From a virus (lineage: Duplodnaviria > Caudoviricetes): DNA of 64,000 nucleotides. The position numbers and the translations under genes are program-made. The notes beneath the pieces were generated by a model. The model did no database searches. It had not been told where the DNA came from and saw only the letters and a list, made by a program, of their open reading frames with translations. Of the stretch, positions 19,330 through 27,673 are shown in pieces. The stretch is taken from IMG/VR virus record IMGVR_UViG_3300027810_000010, positions 892-64,891 of that record; one strand, written 5' to 3'. Position 1 is the stretch's first letter, and each line of letters opens with the position of its first letter.

Positions 19330-20248
19330 CCAAGAAAGAATCTAGATCATCACTATCAGTTGAAGAAGTTGTTGCTGGAGCATCTGGCGAAGTTGTCATT
19401 GTGTCCGGGAACTCAAAGTCACTACTTCCAGAGGAAACGGCTTCAGCTACTTTCTTTGCAACTGGCCTTGGTTTAGAGATAACTGAATCAATGGAATCTC
19501 CTGGGTTTAAGTATTGTCTTAAAATACCATTAACAAAATCCATTGTTTCTGAATCCCATTTCTTGTAACCGTAAGGTTCTAATGATGGAGCTGCATCTAA
19601 TTCTGTTTTAATAACGGACATTGCTTCTTTAGTTCTTTCAGCTGGTTTGCCTTCTATTGCAACCGCTGATCTCGTAGATGAGAACTTAGATTTGTCATAG
19701 TTGTTATATTCACCTTGTCTTGTGATAATTAATTCGAAGTTCTTTCCTTCAAATAAATCATATATTTGGGTAGGTTCACCGAAAGCTGGTTTAGTTTCTT
19801 CTTCAATTTTTTCTTTGATCTTATAACCAAATTTAAAAATCTTGTAAGTTCCTTCTAATTCAGGATTCTGTGGATCTTTAATTACTTTAATTAATGAGTA
19901 GTATTGTTCTCTACGCTTAAGCTTATCGCTCATCTTACGATCAACTGCTGAGTCGCTTTTACGTAATTTGAAGAATGCTTCTGCGATTGGACATTTGTCT
20001 CCTACTGTTGAAGGTGAGTCAACTAATCTTCCGTCGCCACTTGCATTTGTCAACCAGTGTACATACTTTTTAACTAGTGAATTTCTAGGGTTTGATGGAT
20101 TTGGTACAAAACGAATCATCGCTTTATAGGTTCCGTCTTTTCCATCGTCTGCTGATGGTTTGTAAATTTCGTTTGTAGAGTTAGAACTCTGTGTTTCGTG
20201 AGTGTCAACGTCTGCAACGCTCAAGTTAAAAATGTCAAAATCTGCCAT
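19313..20248 (-). CDS. Single-stranded DNA-binding protein (T4 gp32-like)
   Basis: IRFVP, CPI, VIKDPQNPELEG.YKIFKFG.KI, EGKNF, NYDKSKF; acidic tail DDLDSFLDEI. Confidence 0.92.
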   Translation of the reverse strand: MADFDIFNLSVADVDTHETQSSNSTNEIYKPSADDGKDGTYKAMIRFVPNPSNPRNSLVKKYVHWLTNASGDGRLVDSPSTVGDKCPIAEAFFKLRKSDSAVDRKMSDKLKRREQYYSLIKVIKDPQNPELEGTYKIFKFGYKIKEKIEEETKPAFGEPTQIYDLFEGKNFELIITRQGEYNNYDKSKFSSTRSAVAIEGKPAERTKEAMSVIKTELDAAPSLEPYGYKKWDSETMDFVNGILRQYLNPGDSIDSVISKPRPVAKKVAEAVSSGSSDFEFPDTMTTSPDAPATTSSTDSDDLDSFLDEIGI

Positions 20249-20295
20249 GTCTTTAATGTTTCTTTAATTTTCGTTAATGTCTTTAATTCTTTAAA
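20249..20295 (-). promoter_or_regulatory. Tandem (A)TTAA(A/C)GA repeats in the gp32 leader; candidate autogenous translational operator
   Basis: Leader reads TTTAAAGA-ATTAAAGA-C-ATTAACGA-AA-ATTAAAGA-AAC-ATTAAAGA-C-ATG. Confidence 0.6.
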
Positions 20296-20307
20296 AACTT
20301 ATAATAG

Positions 20308-20335
20308 TTATACATGTAAATCTAAAAAGGTTTCA
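20308..20335 (-). promoter_or_regulatory. Putative promoter TGAAAC-N16-GTATAA for the gp32/primase/uvsY/uvsW genes
   Basis: TGAAAC-ctttttagatttacat-GTATAA; a GATATATA motif lies just upstream at 20351-20358. Confidence 0.7.
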
Positions 20336-20387
20336 CAATTATAACTAATCTATATATCCGTATCGGGCCGGCAGGCTCTCTATATTA

Positions 20388-20576
20388 TTAAGCTGTAGTG
20401 TAGGTAGAACCCTGTTCATCGATCCATTCGGAAGAAGATTCAGGTGATCTCGATAATCCTGCTTTTCTTAAAACATCTAGCATTTCTGCTTCTGTTATTC
20501 TATTTTGTTGTAACATCTCTGTTAGAACTGTTTTTAGAGATAATAATCTGGCTGATGATATCACTTGGTTTTGCAT
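20388..20576 (-). CDS. Hypothetical protein
   Basis: 62-aa ORF on the coding strand. Confidence 0.55.
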   Translation of the reverse strand: MQNQVISSARLLSLKTVLTEMLQQNRITEAEMLDVLRKAGLSRSPESSSEWIDEQGSTYTTA

Positions 20577-20658
20577 AGTATTCTATCTTTTTTTATTATT
20601 ATGAAACTTTATGGGGCATATACAGTATAACTTAAGTCTTTAAGCCTCTGTGGTAAAT

Positions 20659-21324
20659 CTATTCCACAGTGCTATCTTTAAGGGTCCTTATATAGTCTGT
20701 TAGAAAGTAAGCGTCAACTAAGTCGTCAAACGGTTTAGGTATCTTTTTAGATGGGCCAATTTCGTTAACACAAAAATTATGTATAGGGTGTTTAGCTAAA
20801 ATAGGGTCTTCTAAAACATTATTTAAAAAGACATCCCATAGAGCAGACTTATTCATGTTACCCTTTCCGGCATGTTTCTTTAAAGAAGTAGGAGCTATCG
20901 TAAATATATTATGGACATCAAGGTCTGAAAGCATTCTTTCTTTAAGAATTGCTGCTCCTGCCGCCATGTCTATAATATTATTAGTTCCCATAGCAGAACC
21001 ATAAGAAGATCCTTCGAAAGAAATAATATAGTCTTGTTTAGTTTGAGTTATGCTTATTATAAGTTGAACCAGAATATCAGCTGTTGCTATATACCTTCTA
21101 ATCTTTAAAAGTTCTCCACTTGAGTATTCTGAAGATTTGGGCCAATCTGGTTGATGTAATAGGGTTACGCCTTTGAGGTGTGATATATCTTCTTGCCATG
21201 CACGTTCTTTCTTAGTGCCTTGTCCTTCCTTTATATAAGATATAAAATGATATTGGTTAGTGTCGTCCTGGTATATACAAATACCGGGTGAGTTTAATGA
21301 AAAGTCTACTGATACGTAATTCAA
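20659..21324 (-). CDS. RuvC-like (RNase H fold) nuclease; probable TTG start at 21324
   Basis: VDFSLNSPGIC, FEGSSYGS, APTSLKKHAGKGNMNK, DDLVDAYF. Confidence 0.8.
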   Translation of the reverse strand: MNYVSVDFSLNSPGICIYQDDTNQYHFISYIKEGQGTKKERAWQEDISHLKGVTLLHQPDWPKSSEYSSGELLKIRRYIATADILVQLIISITQTKQDYIISFEGSSYGSAMGTNNIIDMAAGAAILKERMLSDLDVHNIFTIAPTSLKKHAGKGNMNKSALWDVFLNNVLEDPILAKHPIHNFCVNEIGPSKKIPKPFDDLVDAYFLTDYIRTLKDSTVE

Positions 21325-21325
21325 A

Positions 21326-21694
21326 TTAAAATGATTTACCAATTGCAGCACCTAATCCGGCACCTACCAATCTTGAAGTTAATAAATTATAGAATATACC
21401 TTTTTCGATACCTAAAACCTTGGCAATAGTTTTACCAATAGTTTTACCTAATGCAAAACCAGTAAGTCCTCCCATGATAGAACCTAAGAAACCTTCATTA
21501 GTAACCTCTTCATTGAATCTATCAAAATCAAAAGTTCCGTCTTCTTTTCCATATTGTAAAACGAATTCTTCTAAAGCAGAGTCTACCTTTGATTCAAGCT
21601 CTTCATTCCATTCAGATTGTAAGGATTCTTGTAAAAGTATAATCTCTTCAGATGAGATATCTTGTTCGTTTATTAATTCTAAAAATGTTTTCAT
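21326..21694 (-). CDS. Putative head protein: acidic pro-region plus glycine-zipper C-terminal peptide
   Basis: MKTFLELINE; VTNE-GFLGSIMGGLTGFALGKTIG...GAGLGAAIG; GATATATA at 21716-21723. Confidence 0.7.
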   Translation of the reverse strand: MKTFLELINEQDISSEEIILLQESLQSEWNEELESKVDSALEEFVLQYGKEDGTFDFDRFNEEVTNEGFLGSIMGGLTGFALGKTIGKTIAKVLGIEKGIFYNLLTSRLVGAGLGAAIGKSF

Positions 21695-21724
21695 ATTGTA
21701 TGGTTGTATTCTAAGTATATATCT

Positions 21725-22276
21725 TTAATCTATTTCCGATATAATATTGAATTTGTTATAATAAAAATTAAGGGTAAATGTTGTAAATTCTGCAACGTTA
21801 CTTGACATATTCAATTCTAATTCTGAAATAGCATTCATAATAGGCTTTTCAAATACAGCGCTCATTACATGTATTCCCTCTGAATCCATTACTTGTAACT
21901 TAAGGTCATTTATGAAAGGTTCTTTAACACCCTTTGAATAATAATAAAGTAAAGTGTCTTGCATTATCCAATAATTAATATAACCGTCCAATAATTGTAA
22001 ATCAATAGAAAATTGTCTCTCTATTGTATTTTGAATAGGGGATGATCCTCTGTGATATGTTATAGTTCCATCATTTGGAGATTGTTGAACAGGTTCAAAG
22101 TTAATACCGGGAATTGATATACCTTGTATAGAATAATTAACATAGTCTATTGGCTCGCTAACTAAATTACCTGGCATTCTATCAAGATATTTCCTGTATT
22201 TATTAGCAACTTCTTCGGGTATAAAAGTCCTTGGAAATTTAAAATTAAATAAATTATTTCTACTATTTAATATCAT
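21725..22276 (-). CDS. Tail-tube-fold protein (T4 gp3 tail terminator-like)
   Basis: N.FNFKF..., YSIQGISIPGINF, NY......, F...I..ISELEL....F.L.FYY pattern. Confidence 0.55.
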   Translation of the reverse strand: MILNSRNNLFNFKFPRTFIPEEVANKYRKYLDRMPGNLVSEPIDYVNYSIQGISIPGINFEPVQQSPNDGTITYHRGSSPIQNTIERQFSIDLQLLDGYINYWIMQDTLLYYYSKGVKEPFINDLKLQVMDSEGIHVMSAVFEKPIMNAISELELNMSSNVAEFTTFTLNFYYNKFNIISEID

Positions 22277-24330
22277 TATACGATTGTTACTTTTCCGTGG
22301 TATAATAGAGATTGTGTTTCTCCATTCTTTATGTTTATATAAAACTTATTTAAAATACTCTTAGCACCTTGTTTGTCAAATCTAACAGCTGAATCTTTTG
22401 GTATTTTAAAGAATACTTCACCTTGTCCTAAATCTATATTAGGAAACGAAGGATCGTGTGAAATTCTCTGTTCCGTTTTACCGCTTTGTATGATTAATAT
22501 AAGATCTTCGGCACTTACAAGTGAAACGGCCTTTGTTCCATTACTTCCATCTGGTTGTGCTATTGTAAATTTAACAAAGTTATCAGATACTGTAGATAGT
22601 TGAATTGTTGCCTTTCCTTCTGGTTTTAATTTTTTAGTAATAGTTCTTCCAGCTGTAAGGTCCATTCCGACCGATGAAACAGATGCAAGAATTCCATAAG
22701 TATCTATTGCTACTGGCACATATTTAGTTTCTCCTACAGTTGGTCTTATCGAATTTACAAATTGATTCAATTCTCTATTAACAGCAGTATTAGGTAATTT
22801 ATTATAAATGACAGTAGGATCTACATTTCTAAGATTAATCTTTTCCATTCTTGTTCCATACTTCTTAGTATTAGAAGATGCCGTAGTTGAAACTTTAATT
22901 ATTTGTGTATTATCAGTTTCATTATAAATTCTCATAGTATGTCTAATCAAAAAAGAACTGGCTATATTTGCATTAAATATAATAGGTCTGAATGGAATAG
23001 GCTCTTCATAATTTGTAGTCTGTGTAAACGTCATTGAAGATGTATTCAAAAAGTCCAAACCGATTTGTTCACTCATCTCAATATCATGAAATATAATTAT
23101 ATCATCACTTGAAGTTTCGAGTCTATTATTTATATAATTTTCAAAGCCCTGTCTAGAACCGTCTTTAGTTCCAAACACGTGAAAATAATCCATATCTGCA
23201 ACTTCTTCTATATTAGCAGATATGTCTAAATATTCATCTTCTCTAGAAACAGTAACATCAAGAGTATCTTCGACGTTGATATATTGTTGATCGTTTAAAT
23301 CTGTTAATTCATTAATTAATTTATAGCTAACTTCGTAATTTGAAGTGTTAGATGGTGCCTCATTTCCTGTTCCGAAAAATTCATCACTAAACTCCTTATT
23401 TTTAGTAGAATCATCTAAGTAAATTAAAGAAGGAACTTTAATTTGAATATACTTAGAGTATGAAGTATCTCCTAACACAAATGAGTTTGGATTACTTATT
23501 TCAAAATTAGAATGATTCAGATATACTATAGACGTAAAGTAACTATAAACACCTGTTGCTTTCTTTACTTTTACCTGGAACAAGAAACCTTCTTTTCCTC
23601 TAGCTGCGAAAGAAAACCCAGTTCTAAGATGCAATCTTATAGTTTCATAGTGAACAGCATCTACTAAAGTGTCACTAACTACTGGAAGTGTATTGTCTCC
23701 GTTCCAATCTGAATTACTTAAATAGTCTAAGTTATTTTCTAATAAAGCCCATGTTCCTTTAAATTTAGAAGGGACTGCGTAATATCTACCAATTTCACCG
23801 GTTGCAGTTTTAATACTATTACCCGTTTCTTGTTCTGGTTCTGCAAATAATGGATTTGCTCTATTTCCTACGTTAATTTCTCCTACTTTAGATTTTACAC
23901 CAGCTAGATCTTCATAAGAATATTCATATTTTCCATTAATTCCAGGAGTATACACTAGGGTATTCCCTTGTAAATTAGTAGTAGCTCCGTTTATCGTAAA
24001 ACCACTAGGATTATCGATAGAAGAATCTGATAAATTAAATTTATAAGTTTTACCGTTCTTTAACACTAATTGTCTAGATGCAAAATCATTAATAAAAACA
24101 TATCCACCATCTATCCTTACTGTAAAATTAACAACATCTGCTCCTAATTCGTGAACTAGAAATTTAGACGTAGATTGATCTCCACTTACTGTGTTTAAAA
24201 ATTTTAATTGACTTCCATTGTCATCATTTTCTATCCTTGCATCATCAACATAATTTATGTTCTGATCATGATACATGAATTCCAATAAGATGTCTTCATC
24301 CAGTCTTAAAAATTTTGATGATTGTGCCAT
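22276..24330 (-). CDS. Putative virion structural protein
   Basis: 684 aa, beta-rich, in the structural operon; contains a VLKNGKTYKFNLSD segment. Confidence 0.55.
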   Translation of the reverse strand: MAQSSKFLRLDEDILLEFMYHDQNINYVDDARIENDDNGSQLKFLNTVSGDQSTSKFLVHELGADVVNFTVRIDGGYVFINDFASRQLVLKNGKTYKFNLSDSSIDNPSGFTINGATTNLQGNTLVYTPGINGKYEYSYEDLAGVKSKVGEINVGNRANPLFAEPEQETGNSIKTATGEIGRYYAVPSKFKGTWALLENNLDYLSNSDWNGDNTLPVVSDTLVDAVHYETIRLHLRTGFSFAARGKEGFLFQVKVKKATGVYSYFTSIVYLNHSNFEISNPNSFVLGDTSYSKYIQIKVPSLIYLDDSTKNKEFSDEFFGTGNEAPSNTSNYEVSYKLINELTDLNDQQYINVEDTLDVTVSREDEYLDISANIEEVADMDYFHVFGTKDGSRQGFENYINNRLETSSDDIIIFHDIEMSEQIGLDFLNTSSMTFTQTTNYEEPIPFRPIIFNANIASSFLIRHTMRIYNETDNTQIIKVSTTASSNTKKYGTRMEKINLRNVDPTVIYNKLPNTAVNRELNQFVNSIRPTVGETKYVPVAIDTYGILASVSSVGMDLTAGRTITKKLKPEGKATIQLSTVSDNFVKFTIAQPDGSNGTKAVSLVSAEDLILIIQSGKTEQRISHDPSFPNIDLGQGEVFFKIPKDSAVRFDKQGAKSILNKFYINIKNGETQSLLYHGKVTIV

Positions 24331-24346
24331 TATCTTTTTATTAATT

Positions 24347-25141
24347 TTAGAATCTTAGCCATGATGGAGAATAATATACACCTAAACCTATCGAAGGTCC
24401 TGTACTTATTACTTGATTATTGTTGAGGTTAATTCCATATCCGAAACCTACACCAACAGACCATCCTGCCTTTTTCTTTTGTTTTTTATTTAATCTAGTA
24501 TTTATTAGATTTATATTTTCTATATTAGATATATTAAGACCAGGATAACTTGTAGAAATCTTTATCTCATCATATCCTTTATTATCTTCGATCGCTGCCA
24601 TTAAATTAATAGTTTGTTGTAGTGTTATAGTAGGATTTCCATAACTATAAATACTATCGAATCTAGTAATCTTTAATTCTCCGAATAAAGTCCTAGTGTT
24701 TCCGTTTCCAAAATCGTCAGACCTGTTGAATGCTAATATACTGTTATTACTATCTATCTCTGTTAGATTAGAGCTTGCAATAATGCTATCTTTAATGTTT
24801 ACGTTTACAGCTAATAGAGTGTTTACCTTGTTCAGATCTTTATTTAAGTTTAAAGAAGTTTTGTATTTATCTAAAAGATCTGATTGTTCCTGTTTTAAAT
24901 CTGATAAATCAAATTTATAACTTCTTATTTCAGAAATTAAATTACCGTTATCTGCTATTAGAGTCTTTATAGAATCTTTAGAAGCTAGGTAATTGTTAAA
25001 ATTTCTGTTAGAATCTTCCTTAGCTAATTCAACTTCTCTCTTTAAACTCTGATTAGAATTACACTGTTGCATTAGCGCAAATATCATCACAGCTATTAAG
25101 CCATAAATTATAGTGTTCTTATATTTGTTAATTATATTCAT
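24347..25141 (-). CDS. Membrane-anchored coiled-coil protein with C-terminal beta-hairpin (spanin-like; DUF6808-like)
   Basis: N-terminal TM IIYGLIAVMIFALMQQC, coiled coil, then KKKAGWSVGVGFGYG...GPSIGLGVYY...RF. Confidence 0.55.
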   Translation of the reverse strand: MNIINKYKNTIIYGLIAVMIFALMQQCNSNQSLKREVELAKEDSNRNFNNYLASKDSIKTLIADNGNLISEIRSYKFDLSDLKQEQSDLLDKYKTSLNLNKDLNKVNTLLAVNVNIKDSIIASSNLTEIDSNNSILAFNRSDDFGNGNTRTLFGELKITRFDSIYSYGNPTITLQQTINLMAAIEDNKGYDEIKISTSYPGLNISNIENINLINTRLNKKQKKKAGWSVGVGFGYGINLNNNQVISTGPSIGLGVYYSPSWLRF

Positions 25142-25176
25142 ATTTAAAGTTATTTACGCCACATGGCACTATTAAT

Positions 25177-27630
25177 TTACGTTACTACTATTTCTACAGT
25201 AAACGTTTCAACGATAACACCATTAATTCTTATAAACATATCATACTGTGTATCATCACCGGAATAATTTCCGAAGAAATATACATGAAAAGTCTGAGCT
25301 GTTCCGCCATTTCCACTAGACCTACTGAATGATACACCATGATTGGCCGGCAGATTTGAGCTATCTAAGGTCCATGCACCTGATGCTGTTATCGATCCAA
25401 GCTGTGATGCGGGAGTCCCTTCATCAAAGTTAACAGATGTTGTACTAGCATTGTTACTATTATTGCCGGATGCAAATGTTATTGTCGCGGTGCCTGTTGG
25501 GATCAAGAACAGCTCATCCTGATTTTGAAAAACACGGATCCAATCTACATGAGCTCCGTTCTCGTCTTTTAATTTTAACCATAGATTTCTAGCCGGCAAG
25601 CTTGTATTGTTTCTCACCAGCCATGTGGAAGGTGTAATTCGGTAATAACCTGTACCGTTAATAGTGTTGATTGCCGAAGAAGTACTACCAATCCAATATA
25701 CTGAACTTGGTAATGCGTCTGGTGCAGTGTCATCACCATCATACGTTTCAATAGTATATTGCGCTATATTAGCGGAGGTAGAGGACCACGTAATGTCGAC
25801 GTTATCATTGCTATTCACAGGTGGAACTAATTGAGAAGTGTTATCCCATCCATGATTTACTGCAGGTATAAGTACAATATTACTTGCAATTTGACCAGGA
25901 ACTGTGATTTGAAAATCAGCAGTGGCTCCCAGGTTGGTAGTTACTGAAAATGTATATACTTTAGCGGAACTATTTTGTCCGTATGCTAGAGCTTGATTAG
26001 ATGGAAAACTTGGCCTAAAATCACTCAAGTGTCTAGGAAAAGAACCACCACCAACGATGCTTGAGCTTGAAAAGTAAGTACTAATATCGCCGGCAATAGA
26101 AGTACTGGGTGCACTTCCTCCGTTAAGTGTTATATTGACATCTGTCACATAATGATCTGCATAATTGCCTATGGCGTCAGGGTTTAAGCTTACCTGTATT
26201 TTATCTGCAGTTCCCGCTGTATAGTCAGGAAAAGTATACGATGAAGCGGGAGCTGCTTCAGACGAACCCGATGAATCAATGTATACTAGCTGTGCCGTCG
26301 CTGCAGGTACATTAAATGTTAAATCACTTAATCCTAAATATATCAATTGAGGAGTTCTTACTATTCTATATTCTGGAGAATATGCAGTATTAGTAGGATC
26401 AGTGTTGGTTGCACTTGAAAGTGGATATATTGTATCTGAACTCGTATCGATAAACATCGTATGAGTATTTGCCGAAGGGTTAAACACATTAACCTGTCCA
26501 CCTCCTAGTATATTCTCGACTCCATCTGAACTTATATTAGATGAAGTAGATCCATTTGAATTTACCGTAAATTGAAAAGAATTTAAATTAGGAACAGTAT
26601 AAGATGCTGTTCCGTTTTGCCATGTTCTCCCGTTACATAAATACCATCCTTCGTAAGCCGTACCTACTACACCTCTTCCGATTTCAATATCTAATTCCCA
26701 AGGATCAGTTGTAGTTAAACTACTAAAATCCTGAATTTTTATAAAATTGTTAGAGTCATAAAATATTTCTTCTAACATAGATGTTATTGTACCTATTGGA
26801 ACACCTGCTCCAATGTCAGTAGGATCCATCCATCCCACAGTTCCTGCTGAATCTAAAGCTACTGCTATCCTACCAACTGCCGGATTATTAATACCGGACG
26901 GGTCGATTGTACTTATTTTAAATACAGGAGAGTTAAATGTTGCATCTGCGTCGGCTGTAAAAGATCCTGTAAAGAAAGTACCTGCTGATGTAATCTTTAC
27001 CTTTTGTGAATTTGCTGCATCTACTATTCCAAACTCATCGGCCTGAAATACAAATCTATTGTTTGGATTTGTGGCTTGTTGGTTAAATCCTATGTAAAAC
27101 TTACTTTCACCAGGGGTGCTAAGATCTAAATTGAAATCAACAAAATTTTCAGCATCTTTTTCAGTTATTAATCTAATGTTAGACTCTAATAGACTAGAAT
27201 TTTTGTTAATAACTAGAGAAGATTTATAAAAGGATGGATTGTTAATACCTGGGTTGGCGTATTCGTCATCTGAATTAGATAAACCTAATATAACAATAGG
27301 TGGATGTACCTGTGCGACACCTTGAGAAGTATTATGTACTGGCGAAATATTAAGAATCTTTAATTGCCCTATTTGAAACGATGCAGCTGTTCGCCATTTA
27401 CTTTCCGTTAAGTCAGCAACTGGGCCTTGATTACCCTGATATCCCTGTGGACCGTCAATCCCTTGATTCCCTGTTAAACCGGAAGCACCGGTATCTCCAA
27501 TAAGTCCAGGAGTTCCCATAGGACCTCCTCCATTCGCGATTAACTGATCAAAATTATAATTTATTTTGTCTAGTCTCTCGGCTGAAGTATCAGATTGTAA
27601 TATCTGTTTTAGATTAATAGGTATTGCCAT
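25177..27630 (-). CDS. Tail fibre protein with collagen-like repeats and a collar domain
   Basis: DKINYNF anchor, G-x-y repeats, GVPIGTI...GWYLCNG...VPNL collar motif; GAATATATA at 27653-27661. Confidence 0.8.
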   Translation of the reverse strand: MAIPINLKQILQSDTSAERLDKINYNFDQLIANGGGPMGTPGLIGDTGASGLTGNQGIDGPQGYQGNQGPVADLTESKWRTAASFQIGQLKILNISPVHNTSQGVAQVHPPIVILGLSNSDDEYANPGINNPSFYKSSLVINKNSSLLESNIRLITEKDAENFVDFNLDLSTPGESKFYIGFNQQATNPNNRFVFQADEFGIVDAANSQKVKITSAGTFFTGSFTADADATFNSPVFKISTIDPSGINNPAVGRIAVALDSAGTVGWMDPTDIGAGVPIGTITSMLEEIFYDSNNFIKIQDFSSLTTTDPWELDIEIGRGVVGTAYEGWYLCNGRTWQNGTASYTVPNLNSFQFTVNSNGSTSSNISSDGVENILGGGQVNVFNPSANTHTMFIDTSSDTIYPLSSATNTDPTNTAYSPEYRIVRTPQLIYLGLSDLTFNVPAATAQLVYIDSSGSSEAAPASSYTFPDYTAGTADKIQVSLNPDAIGNYADHYVTDVNITLNGGSAPSTSIAGDISTYFSSSSIVGGGSFPRHLSDFRPSFPSNQALAYGQNSSAKVYTFSVTTNLGATADFQITVPGQIASNIVLIPAVNHGWDNTSQLVPPVNSNDNVDITWSSTSANIAQYTIETYDGDDTAPDALPSSVYWIGSTSSAINTINGTGYYRITPSTWLVRNNTSLPARNLWLKLKDENGAHVDWIRVFQNQDELFLIPTGTATITFASGNNSNNASTTSVNFDEGTPASQLGSITASGAWTLDSSNLPANHGVSFSRSSGNGGTAQTFHVYFFGNYSGDDTQYDMFIRINGVIVETFTVEIVVT

Positions 27631-27673
27631 TGTTAGAGTATTTCTATTTGTTTATATATTCAATTTATATTTG

